A DNA stretch of 57,143 bases, the filler included, from Sphacelaria rigidula (lineage: Eukaryota), in NCBI GenBank assembly GCA_964200075.2. It is 6 parts of 6 records of this genome, joined end to end, with 100 filler letters (N's around TTAATTAATTAA, not from the genome) between each part and the next. Parts side by side here need not be neighbours in the genome. Positions count along the whole stretch, not along the records: positions 19,083 to 28,523 come from CAXNAA020008491.1; positions 28,624 to 38,063 come from CAXNAA020008492.1; 4 more parts are not named here. One strand, written 5' to 3'. The notes below the pieces were generated by a model. It was not told where the DNA came from. It did no database searches and saw only the letters and a program-made list of their open reading frames with translations. The position numbers and the translations under genes are program-made. Positions 24,837-36,892 of the stretch are shown one piece after another; within the stretch, counting starts at the first letter, position 1, and every line of letters starts with the position of its first letter.

Positions 24837-26804
24837 TCTTATCACACGTTGCGGGGATGCATTTGCAAGGCAAGCAAAAGCACGAATTTCCATGTGGCGG
24901 ATAATTAATTGTTGGTGTTTTCCCACCACGACTGGCAACTTGAGACCCCTACACGAAACAGGCGCAAGCCATGGACCAAAACATCAGTATCGCATGTTGC
25001 GTGCGCAAGGTCAGCTGTTGAGGCAGTGTTTTTGCAAATATGTTCTGTGTCTACTCTACAACGACCCGTTGAGTCTTGTCGAACCCCCCCCCCTCCCCCT
25101 CTTCCTTTTTTTGTTCATATCCAAGCTAGGATCTGCGCATAGGTTCAAAGATGCGGCCGTTTCTTGCAGTGCTCCTTGGTTCGATTTCTCTGTACGGGTC
25201 CAAAAAAGACGCGACAAGGAAACAGGACACCCTAGACACCGAAGTCGGGAAGAAACAAAAACATCGGACAGATCCCGCCACCTACCTACTCGCATTCGCG
25301 CCATCGCTAGCCCTTTCTCATCTACACAGCGCAGGCTTTGCTTGACGAAAATCCGTTCTGCGTTGGGTGAAGGGCACCCCTCGGACAGATTGCCACGACC
25401 TACCTGTTCGCATTGGCCCCATCGCTATCCCTTTCTCGCTTTTTTTTTTTTATCGTCCCCAAGAGACGGGCTGGAACCTTCACCGTGAACTTCACTATTT
25501 CTAGTTTCGCACAGCGCTTTCGAGTGCGCTCCACCTCGCCTCCGCTTTGAATTCAGCCCTCAAACCATAATTGTCATTAAGGCGGTGCGGTATACGGGCA
25601 GGCATCAGGGTGGGGGTGTGTGGCACCCCCGCCCAGGTAGTCTCGGACTTGAATGATTCATCATCCTCAACTGGGAATATCATCCTCATCGAGCAAGCGC
25701 CCTTGTCATGTCCCCCAGCTCGACTCTGTACACGATTCACCCCGCCCATCCGGGCGTTGATCCATCAATACACCGCCGACTTTGTTTGACGAAAATCCGT
25801 TCTGTTGTGGATGAAGGGCAACCGCGTGCGTGTCATCTTGCATCCGACAACCTGCCGTTGCTGACCCTTCGCGTGGATCTTTTCGGCACACGTATGATGC
25901 AAGTCATCTCATCTCATGGCAGCCGATCGCTACGGTGGCTGAATTGGTAACCCCGAAACCTTCTGATGGTTGGGAGGTGGGTTAGAATCTCGGTGAGGTC
26001 ACACGAGCTGGAATTTTTTCTCACATCGTGCACAACGGTGGAGACCGACTATGTCGCTGGTACACAAAGTTCGACTTCACGGTCGACGACGGAAAGGGAC
26101 CGCTGAACTCTTCCTGCGATAAAAAAATATAAAGACAATCACCGCAGATGGAAGGTCGAAAGTGTCCTGAAATAAAATACTCTCTCCCCTCCTGTGACCC
26201 CGACTAATCCACCCACACATGCCGAAAGGTATAGACTGGCGTGCAGAGTAGATGAGATGACGACACACGTGCACAACGACAACACAGATTGCATCCTGAA
26301 CCGATTCGACCCGAGCTAAGTTCGACGTGGTCACCTGATTTAACAGCTACGACTCTATCTGGATGTTTTTGGGCCGCGAGGGCAGAGAGGCTATAGTATC
26401 GGGCTCTCACGCAGTTTTGCTAGGTTGTTTGTCATACCTTCACGCGTGCCCCTGGGGTTTTGCCGCGTTCAAGCCCCCTTCAGCAAACTGGGTTATCAAA
26501 ACCGGTTTCCGCAAACTAAATTATGCCGAATCTCTTGTGGAGGTGGCAACCATCAGTAACATGACGTAAATCGCGAGCACATTCAGAAAAATCGGACGTT
26601 TCTCTGTCTCGGTGAGACAGGCCCTGACACAGGAGAAAAAAATGGCGTTTTTTTTTTTTCTCTCAACTACCGTGAAAAGGGAATCGTTTGTCAAGGTGCA
26701 GTGAGGGTAGGGTGCACGGCCTGCACTGGCTACTGCACTGCTTGTACTGTACTGTCTGCAAAGACAGTAAAGCCTAACTGTACAGTAGCATAGGCACCGC
26801 TACA

Positions 26805-27075
26805 GTACGGAGTGATGGCGCGATAACAATAACCCTCCCTTCCCCGAAACCGGCCCCGAAATTATCACGAAAAAAATGGCCATAAAGCGCATGATGGCTG
26901 GCTCCAGACTGCATGAAGCGTCTCATATGGACGATATTGGCGAAAACGATCCCAGGCGTGGGCCCAGCTTGGGCTCGGTGTGCTTAGCTTTTGTCATTTT
27001 GACTCGCATGTAGAATTTGCCTCTTCAAACTAGTCACTTTCCCGGGGGGGGGCTATCGCTGTATCACGCTACAGT
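26805..27075. mobile_element. Diverged copy of the 19866-20113 MITE family
   Basis: Shares CTGCATGAAGCGTCTCATATGGACGATATTGGCGAAAACGA and ends GGGGGGCTATCG. Confidence 0.65.
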
Positions 27076-28370
27076 AACCAGTCAGCATACCCCGAACCCA
27101 CACACTTGCGGACTCACGAGCATCCAGTCTGACGCATTCTGCGATACACAGAACCTAACTGGCGCGTCAATATCTCGATAGTACTCCGCACAGAACACCG
27201 CATACAACCTCGCATGACAGCACTTGGCTTCTTGCTCAAAAAGACCTTTGGACGGAACACCGCCCACACATTTCCAGCTGCAGGTTGACCTTCTGTTCGG
27301 TCAGACACCACCACAATTTACCTTTTTGACACGGAAAACTGACAGCACGTCGCGGGCAGCGGTCGGCACTAGTTTTCATAGTCAGTCAGCACTGTGCGGT
27401 CAGAGCACAAGCAGAGGAGGAGCTCGAACGCGCCGCCGACGGGCTCAAATAATAAATGAAAAAAATCGTACCACGTTGAGATTACGATGTTTTTTTCACG
27501 ATATGCACTGATTTCGTCAATAATTAAAATGAGAAGGACTCGTACCACATCAGAGTCATGCCACGGTAGGGGTCGCACATTTTGGCCCAGATCTTCCTCG
27601 TTGAGGGGTTCCTAACGTTGGGAACCGCACGAGAATATTGGTCAGGACAATCTCGTTTTATTTTCATTTTGAGATATCCCTGACCCATTGAAATGCCAAT
27701 CGTAGCGCGCGCTCACATTTTTTTTCCGTAGGTCTTTTTTTCGACGAGATGAAGAGCTCCCAACAAACCTGAGAAATATTTTGCGCAAGCCAACCGTGGC
27801 ATGAGTCATCAACTGTATCAGACGAAGACCACTCACTTCATATATGGTGACGATATCACGCACAATTTTTTTCTCTGTCGTTTCCCTTGTTCTTTTTTTG
27901 TTTCTGTCGTTACCACCCCCCCTTTTTTTCAGTGCCACATTATCTGGTCATTTTTGTGTAAATGGACGTACGTGTAGCTCTTGCTGGCCGCGCCAGAAAA
28001 ATCGTCCAAGATCCTTCAAAGGGCATACAATCACTTTTGATAACTCAAAAGTGCTTATCGAAACGCGCATCCTCTTCCGTAACACTGATGCCCAGGTCAA
28101 CAAAAAAATAAAGCATGGGAGTCATGCTACGATAGATAGGGAAAGGGTGTTTGATTCCACGAAGAAAAGGGCTCATCATATAATAGGTGTGTCGGACGAC
28201 CGAACGCACTCGCGGTGCGCTTGTGTTTGCGTAACGCTGTCGAGCAGTTCGAATCAGTATTATTTATCGATACCAAGCGCGTTCGAACAACCACTGCTGC
28301 TTTCAATGGCGATTTGAAGCGAAATTTGGTGGAAGAATGGAATGACCCACAACCCCCCCCCCCCCCCGGC

Positions 28371-28450
28371 CCCGTCTCGATGGATGCGTGGTCAATGGTA
28401 AACGACTATGGCAAGCAACAAATGAGTACGCCCCCCCCCCCCCCCCCCCC
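28371..28450 (+). mobile_element. Extremely 5'-truncated 3' end of the poly(C)-associated LINE
   Basis: CCGTCTCGATGGATGCGTGGTCAATGG...GCAACAAATGAGTACG followed by C20. A C-run also lies immediately upstream (28353-28367). Confidence 0.8.
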
Positions 28451-28523
28451 GCGGCACTCACAAAAAAAAAAAAAACAACCAAAGGCCACGAACACACCCA
28501 AACAAAAAAAAACGACTCCCGCC

Positions 28524-28623
28524 NNNNNNNNNNNNNNNNNNNNNNNNNNNNNNNNNNNNNNNNNNNNTTAATTAATTAANNNNNNNNNNNNNNNNNNNNN
28601 NNNNNNNNNNNNNNNNNNNNNNN
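28524..28623. other. Artificial contig linker
   Basis: N44-TTAATTAATTAA-N44. Confidence 0.99.
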
Positions 28624-28710
28624 GCCGGCATTGTAGGGATGCGAGGTCAATGGTCTTATGACTGTGGCATGCATGATCATGAGTACCCCCCCGCCCCCCC
28701 CCCCTCCCTC
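28624..28710 (+). mobile_element. 3' end of poly(C)-associated LINE, subfamily B
   Basis: GGGATGCGAGGTCAATGGTC...GCATGATCATGAGTA followed by a C-run; homologous to 71-135. Confidence 0.7.
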
Positions 28711-29619
28711 ACACACAGAGATCAGAGTTCTACTAAGGGCCGTCATTATCGACACAGTTTTTTAGGAGATCACCAAGATTCTTGGCGTTTTCGCACCTGG
28801 CGCTTGGCGTTCTTCGAAAATGTAGCGGCTAGCTTTTTCGCCAATCCTCCACGTTTGGTGAACGCCAAATATTTCGGACCGCAGCGCAATACTCCGCAGA
28901 GCTGAGCTGCCCTTGGCGGACGCCGTTGCGCTCGCAGGCATGCGAGAATCATCAGGCACCTTGCTAGTAACACCCTGGGCTATGTCGTAGAGTGAAAAGC
29001 ACCGCGGGTTGGCGGTATATGTCTCCTTAGACAGTGTGTGCCCCGGCAGCGGTGTTGCAGCTGTTGGGGCCAGGCACAGTGGTCGTCGTTTGCAGACGTT
29101 CGCACTTTCGAAGTGAAGAGCAGAAACAATGCAGTAGCTCTGGCCTGCAGTGCTGGTACAAGTGTACGCTACCGCACCGTCTGAAAAGTGTATAGCTGGT
29201 GGTTTTATTTGGTGTATCTGCGCATACAACTCACAGAAAGCAAGCATGCTGCAATCTATGCACGGGGCCTTCTACAGTCGGTATTTTTACTCATGTGTGC
29301 TGCTGCAGCATCCCGAGAGAGCCCGGTCGATCACGCCCTGGCCTATCCGGCTGTCCCCCCGTGTCACAGAGAGGTTGTGAGAAAGATGCTTACCACAGTT
29401 ATGAACGCCATACTCGAGCAGGTAGCATAACCCTTTCCTTTTTTTTGCCGGCAAAGGCAAGCAAACGACGAGATTAGCACCATCTGTCATGGAATATCTG
29501 ACAGCGACAGTAGATCTAGATAATAACGAGCCCTGGGCGACTACCGAAATTTCTGACCTTGTCCCATTTTTTTCATCTGTCGATAATAAAAACCCTAAAG
29601 CGGCGGAGAGTATCTTTAC

Positions 29620-29966
29620 AGGGCGAGCACTCGAGTCATTGCTCGTCGTGGAAAATGAATAACTCGAGCACACGAGTCATTGCTCGTTGTAAAAAAAATG
29701 AATAACTTGAGCACACGAGTCATTGCTCGTTGTAGCAAAAATAAGGACTCGAGCGCACGAGGTGTTGCTCGTTGTAAAAAAAGTAATGACTTGAGCACAC
29801 GAGTCATTTGCTCGTTGTGAAAAAAAAAAATGAAATGAATAAGCGCACACGTCATCACTCGTTGTGAAAAAAAGTAACGACCCGAGCCCATGAGTCATGC
29901 TCGTTGTGTTTTGAAAAAACATCCACGAGTGCACTTGTTTCGACGAGTAATGACTCGTTCGACGTA
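29620..29966 (+). repeat. ~42-bp tandem array (CGAGCACACGAGTCATTGCTCGTTGT-An), part of a dispersed TIR element family
   Basis: About 7 units. Related arrays lie at 41009-41708 and 47280-47603, sharing the terminus ACTCGT(T/C)CGACGT. Confidence 0.85.
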
Positions 29967-30360
29967 TGCAGTTTTTCATTGACGATGAGAACCTGTAGAA
30001 TGAAAATCTTCGTATCTACATCAAACCTTCGAAATATGGTTCTATTCCTTCACCTACTGATAGCTATTGAAAGCTACGACACGCCATGAAAATTTGGATT
30101 TCGATTACCGAAATGTTGAGGTCCCAGGTGAAAAACTTGATTTCGGGTAATTTCTGCGATTCGATCGGATCACCTAAATTCCCCCATTTTGTTTTCACTG
30201 AGGACCCCAACATTTACGTAATCGAAATCCAAATTTGTATGGCGTGTCATAGTTGTCAATAGCTACCAGTAGGTGAAGGAGTGGAACCATATTTCGAAGG
30301 TTTGATGTGGATACGAAGAATTTCATTCTCTGGGTTCTCATCTTCAATGAAAAGCTCCAT
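29966..30360. mobile_element. Foldback/MITE with ~170-bp imperfect inverted arms
   Basis: TTTTCATTGACGATGAGAACC...AAACCTTCGAAATATGGTTC is mirrored by GAACCATATTTCGAAGGTTT...GGTTCTCATCTTCAATGAAAA. Confidence 0.85.
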
Positions 30361-30923
30361 CCTCAATTTTGATGATTGACTGACTGTTAAATGTATACGT
30401 ACTAGTATACTGTATATATACAGTAAATACAACGAGTTGTGACTGCATTCTTTGTTTACTGCCATTTTGTCTCTAATATACCGGTATGTACTATATCATA
30501 CATGTATGATAACATATGATACTTATATTGCGATCCACCCCAATGTGATTGCACTTAATTACATTTATTGCATAGCAAAACAGTATACTACAACTGTACT
30601 ACCCAACCATTTTTTTCGCTGTATACTGCGAGGACCCTGCAGACAATCTGTCCAAGCAACACTAAAAAAAACGAGATACCTTCCTACATTGTACAGTACT
30701 ACAAATACTACATCCGTTCGCAAAAAGAGATTTTTGCGTTGAAGAATTCCATCATTTTGTACGCGCGCGGGAAGAAAGAGAAATTGACATTTCAGAAAGT
30801 CATCACTGCGCGTGTGCGGAAAGTAAAAACTTCGCTTTAAGAAATCATGCTTAACTCAGCGATAAGAATAAGATTTGAGCCTCGCCTCAAATTAGAGTTT
30901 CTTAAGAAGTGACGCCACCTGTA

Positions 30924-31073
30924 CTTCTTCAACGCATTTTACCGACTCTGTGGGCTTACAGCGCTGACCGAAACCGTCATTTTCCCCTTTTTTAGGGGGG
31001 GGTGATATCAGCGGAAACGACGGTCTCGGTCAGCGCTGTAAGCCCACAGAGTCGGTAAATTGCGCCGAGGAAG
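30924..31073. mobile_element. 150-bp hairpin MITE, TA-flanked
   Basis: TTTACCGACTCTGTGGGCTTACAGCGCTGACCGA is mirrored at 31025-31059. TA lies at 30922-23 and 31074-75. Confidence 0.8.
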
Positions 31074-31649
31074 TATCAACGCGATCAAAGGGCATTAGAT
31101 CGACAAAAAAGTAATCGGGAACCATCGCTGAAAGTGTGGGGAAATCATTGTTTCGGGCTTGAACCTCATTTCATCGTACAACCTCATTTCATAGAATTGC
31201 CTGTTTCGAAGAAAACGCTATATATAATACAGGTGTGTATTATTGCAATATGATTAAGGCGTATCTACATCACTTCCTGCAAACAGCGGGGCCGTAATAA
31301 ATCCACGGCTTGCTTTTTACAGAAACGAATGTACAAGTCGCACTTAGTGTCTGTCCCGAGCCGGAGAAGGAGTTCAACTTAGTAATCTGACACCAGGAAT
31401 CAAATAACAAACGTCTGGCGTGGATCGAGATTTCCGGCGTTGACATGGACATAGATTTCGACTTCTCAATTTTAATGATACTTCAGTATCACGATAGGAC
31501 GCCGCGACCGCTATATGCGACAGAGAACATATACCTCCGTCGCCACAGGAGGCGAGAACCTGAGAGCGGCAGGGTAGATGATACGTCGATCAGAAGCGTT
31601 GGTGTTCAACTCACCACCCGACCACCCCCCCTGTACATACCCTCGCGGC

Positions 31650-34031
31650 AGATGTGGAGGATCCCCAGGGCTAACTCATGGGATACAACGTCCGGGTGCC
31701 TGCTGAGACGCCGCCCGGGGCAGTCCGGACGAGCAAAGGGGCGACAGAGTGGCGTCGGTGATGGGAGACGCGACGGTAGGCGCCGGTGTTGTTGCTTGCG
31801 GTCTGGGGGGTGCGACCCCGCAGTGGAACGCGGCAGCGATGATGGGTGAGCTACCGTGGGGGGGAGCGGGGGGGGAAACCGCAGGGGCAACTTCACGGGC
31901 GAGTGTTGTCGGCGGCGGGCTCGCGGTTGCGACCAGCCAGTGGAATTTTCTGGCTGCATCAAGCGGACGGGGGGAGGGGGGACCGGCGATGCCGCCGGCG
32001 GCAGCAAGTATGGCATGCGGATGCTTCGACGACGGAGGCATTTCAGAGGCGGCCGGCCCCGCGGACATATCTTACGGCGGTGATGGGCCAGCCATCAAGC
32101 GGGGCGGCGCCGGTGCCGACGACGGCGCCAAACACTAGTCTACGCACCCGCGCAGAGGTTACGGAGATTCCGGGGTCGTATCTTGCCGCGTTGACAGGCT
32201 GCGAGAGGGGGGAGGAAGCGGAGGCACGAGAATCACGCGCGCAAAGTGACGCGCTCCCCGACCCTTCTCCTCGTGCCTCGCAACGTCACCTGTTGTGGTC
32301 GCGTGATGGCAGTGGGCCTGATGGGAGTATCCACAGTGCACCTGGACCCGGCATAGGTGAGGGGGGGATGTCCACAGTCCACTTCATTATACACTCCGGA
32401 AGGTTGTTCGGGAAATCCCTGAAGAAGTGGCTCGTGACTTCCATCGACACTGACAGTGGATCATTGTACTTCTGGCGATGTTCTCCGGGTGTATCAAGCC
32501 GCATGGCTCAGGCGCCGTGCTAGTCACTGTCAAACACATCGTGAATGATGGCCCCCAGTACATACTGATGAACCGGGTGTACAGTGCGATCGAGAATCTG
32601 AGGGACGGGAGCGAGAGTGCTTGGCCGCCCGACGACCAGTACGATTGGCTGACACCATCAATCAAGGTGGCACTGTTCATTTTCACCTACCTGCTGGCCG
32701 GGTGCGTTTTTTTACCACATGTGTGTCCGGGATTTCGTTCTGAAGGCCATTCGCACGCCGAACCTCTACACGAAAGCGATACTGGCGGACAAAGATGGGA
32801 GGCTCGGGGTGGAGATGGACGAGGGCGTGAAGCTGCTGGCCACCGTTTTATTGTTCAGGTACGAAAACGCTTTCTCACAAGTTGCCACGGATTTGGGAAC
32901 TCTGTTCACCACGTGCGGACAGGACGTGGCGTCGTACGTGAACAAGATCCGCCTATGCATCACCACAGCGCATGGGCACCAGCCTTCCCGCTGCTGCCCA
33001 GACTTAGCCTGTAAGAAGCACGTCAGTAAGTCCCATGCAGTGTTGGAATACTGGGGGGGACGCTTCGCACGCAGCATGTCTCCGGTGAACTTTAAAGGAC
33101 GCCGGTGGGGCATAGAGCCTGAGAGGAGGACTCACCGCAAGGGTAGTGTAAAATCGTCGATACTAGCGGGGGTGGAGCTGTCACGCAATAATATTGTGCT
33201 GTACTTTTCGAGTCACACATACGTCGACACATACGGAAACCTGCAAACACTCAGATGTGCATGCAACCCGGAAAGGGCGGCGACAAAACACAGATACCGG
33301 AGTTGCAGGCGTTTGGGCAACTGCACTCTGAGCTTCGGTTGCCACGGTTGCTGCTTCCTGCCCCCACCCCTTCGCGAGCGGCCGCCGCAAATCCCGCTGG
33401 GGAAACCGGCGACGGACACAGCGGTGCACGCGGCCGATCGCGAAACGGGAAAAGCTGATCAACAGCGAAGCATGCAAGGGGCGGGTTGACTGCATCACGT
33501 GGAATGGGGGCGGCATCTCGAGCAAGCAGCACACCAGGGACACCTGTTGATGCGACTCATGGTGAGGAGCCTCGCTGTCGCGACGCCGGGAGGGAGGTGG
33601 TGGGGGGAGCGCATTCGGGACCAGATCCGATCAGTGAAACCGACGGCGTAAATGGCCGTGCACGCGGCCGATCTCGCAAGGAAAAAGGCCGGTCAACAGC
33701 GAAGCATGCAAGGGGCGAGTCGGCTGCATCCCGCGGAAGGGGCGCGGCAAGTGGAGCGAGCAACGCGCCAGGGGCACCTGTTGATATGACCGATGGTGAG
33801 GGGCGTTACGGGCTCGGCGGCTGGAGGCAGGGGGTAGGGAGGGCGCATCCGGGACAAGAGCCCATCAGTGGCTACTTTTGCGATGGCGGATCAGATAAAC
33901 CCGTCGGACGCAAGTCGAACTCTGCAGCCGGGATCTGGATCGGAGATTCGAATCCAGAATGCAGCGGGTCCGAGAGGGAGGACTCGGCATCGGAAGCGGG
34001 CGACGACAATGAAGACGATTTCGCGCTCTGA
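31650..34031 (+). pseudogene. GC-rich frameshifted coding region, possibly a Mutator-like (MULE) transposase relic
   Basis: A chain of overlapping + strand ORFs (31749-32138, 31846-32523, 32478-33014, 32719-33489, 33486-34031). The segments LVTSIDTD, KHIVNDG, CVFLPH and EYWGGRF..FKG..E loosely follow the MULE D-D-CxxH-E order. The family call is an inference. Confidence 0.35.
33400..33870 (+). repeat. Two-copy 234-bp (78-codon) tandem duplication
   Basis: GTGCACGCGGCCGATC occurs at 33424 and 33658. TCAACAGCGAAGCATGCAAGGGGCG and CACCTGTTGAT recur at the same spacing. Confidence 0.85.
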
Positions 34032-34959
34032 TTTCAATTTGTGGAGAATATTGGGGTCGTTTTTTCTGTATATAGATTGCGCAAACGTTTCTGTACAATT
34101 CAGGGTTGTTTTTTCTAGGCTGTAGTCATGAGCCGTGTCTCATCTACATGGCGATGATGGTTCGTGCATGTGCGGTGCACCGTGGGGTGCAAAGATGTAT
34201 TAGGAGTGGTCTGGCTATGCCCGTCAGCGAATCGCCTGTGGTGCATGAGGCTACATAGTAATGTCAATCAAGTGAGTGTTTCAACGCAAGACGACTAATC
34301 TGAATGACACCATGGTATGGCAGTCAACATTTCGACTTACGGTGCAGCACTGCCAACGCTCGCGCCTCAACGCTATGGCGTTCGTGCAAGGACAGAACTG
34401 CCGGGAATCATCCGTATCACTATTGTGTTGAACAATTGGACGAAAAACATCTGGTGGTGTTCTTCGTCACACTCTCGCCGATATCCCTGATACTGCACCA
34501 TCTGCACCGAATCGGAGGGTCGTGTCGCCACCGGTCTTGCGCATCACACATCGGGTCGATTTTCGCAACGTTTCATTTATATTGCCTATTATGGCAAACA
34601 CAGCATGTTGAACGACTGTTTTTTTTCTTGTCCTTCTTCGTTTTGGGCGTAGATGATGGCTCGGCGGATGTTGCCTCCTCGGTATGCCTTGCGTTCATCG
34701 TCGGAAAATCTGTCACGTCACATGAACGCATTCAGGTGCTTGTGTCTTGTTTGTTTTGCCGAAGTTGTATGTTGTATGTTCGTCCAAGAACTATGAACAT
34801 CAGTCGAGTTTAAAATAAAGTGGTAGCCAGTTATCACCTCGTGTCGACTGTTCTTAGACAAAAATGCTAGTCCAGTCGAAAACAAATCTGCGGCCTGCGG
34901 AAAATGCGAACGTGACATGGGTTGTTTCATCGGACTCGACCACTCTGGTAGAAGAGTGT

Positions 34960-35389
34960 GTGTGTAAAAAAACTAAAACTGCCACTACCAGAAAAAAGTG
35001 AGGTATCCTCGAGTTTTCCCCCCTACGAGTATAGGAAGCCATTAGAAGCTGTCAATACCCCCCTAGCTCCCTTTCGGACACAAAACAACACAGACGAGCA
35101 AAAAATAGTTCTACGAGCTGGGCCAGCAGCAAATCCGGCATTTGCATGTCACACCATAACTTATCAAGTTTACCAAATCAGCCCGACTTGAGCATATTGG
35201 TGTGACCTGCAGACCAACGTGGTCATGCACGGGACCGCTGCTGAGAAAAAAAAACACTGAAAAAAATGTACTGCATAATGTATCACCTAACCGACGGAAC
35301 AAAAAAAAAGAATCCGTCGGGATTCGAACTCGTGACCTCCATAACTGGCGTCAACTGGATCACTTGAACTAAATGAGCGCAGCCGTGCC
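34960..35389 (-). mobile_element. tRNA-derived SINE-like element
   Basis: The minus strand has a tRNA-like head with B box GAGTTCGAATCCC followed by a T-run, but no valid cloverleaf. The 3' boundary is approximate. Confidence 0.5.
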
Positions 35390-36892
35390 ACACGAAAAGT
35401 TGGAGGCTGCGCCAAATATCTGAAGTTTCAGCCGCAATTGCACCAGGATCTCCTCCACTGAAGGACGCAACAAGTACAGTAGGGATGCCCACGTATTTCT
35501 TTGTTTTTCAGCATGCTTTGTTACGTGTTCCGTAGCGCTTAGACGCAGGTCCTGCTCAAAACAAAATGCCGCACAATCGATCACGGTGGTTTTTCTGTTG
35601 GACTGCTCATCATCATGCTTGCGCTGCCGTGCAGAAACTTCTGGGTTAGGGGCACATGGTCGAAACCGGTTGCGAATCCCGAGCCTTTTGAACAAATTTC
35701 GATGGTCCGTTGAACCTCACCCAAATGTTGAACCTCAAAAACGAATCCAGACTGTTTTAGGCCGTTTCTTGAAGTCTGAGATCGGACTCTCCGAGAAATA
35801 CCCTTTTTGAGCTTTTCATAACGGATCTTTGGTGGAATACAGGCCTTAGCGGATCGGGCCTCCTCGGAAAAAATTCGCTACGCTTTCCAAGAGGATTCTA
35901 GCGCGTTTTTCCGATTGTCCGAACGCCCAGTTTTCCTGTGGCCGGGTTCTGGATTTGTCAGGCGCCCCAAAAATCGTCCAGTTCTTGCGATAAAAGTAAG
36001 TGATCTTTTACCCGACAACAGGACGATTTTCGGGGCGACTTAAAAAACTCCAGAATCCGACCAAAAATATAACTGGGCATACGAAAAATCGGAAAAGTGT
36101 GCCAGAATCCTCGTGAAGAACATGGCGGATCTTCCCGAGGGGGCTAAATTCGCCGAGGCCTGTTTTACGCCAAGAAACCGCGATGAAAGGCTCGAAAAGG
36201 AAAGTTCTCAGAGAGCCCGTTTTCAGACTACGAGAAGTGCTCGTCGATGCACGCATCCCCTCCCCCAATCAATCGTCACTCGGATGATCTCCACCGTTCT
36301 GGCCTGTTACACACGGATGGCGATGCACCTTATAGCACCGATCGCACCTATTAATCACACTAAACACACCGATAAAACGTGATCACAATGAAGCATTTCC
36401 GCTACTCCCCATTTCTCCCCACCCGGGAATGAAATTGCTCTATCCCCTCCACAGACACGACGGGGGTGTTATCTTACCGTGTTCGCTAGTTACACAGACA
36501 TTGACACATAAATAGCGACGCCCCCGAACCCGCGGGGGGCATCGTTGGAACGTATGCTCCACATTCTATTCCCTTATGACTCCGTCCTTCCTCCATCCCT
36601 TTTCCTGGAGATGAAACAAACGCATCCCCTCCCGTGATAACCCCAAGCGAGAAGGGAGGGGTGTTGTCCGACTTTTGAGCCATTTGTGGTCGGACAGCAA
36701 TGAATCTGAACTCGTGACCGGTACCAATACACAAAGCTTACAGTCTACCCCAACTAGAGATGATGATGCATATAACGTTTCTTAGCAGGGTTACAAACAT
36801 CACGAGGGAGGTTGTTGAAGGGAAAAAAATACAGACATCGCATTTTTCCTTGCCTCCGGTGATGCTCACGCGGCGGGCTCCCGTCACTGGCC

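Noticed and set aside
29620-29966. CRISPR-like array of palindromic repeats (also 47280-47603)
   Set aside because: The intervening sequences are short, A-rich and homologous to one another rather than unique spacers. There are no cas genes, the context is eukaryotic, and the unit is a dispersed repeat.
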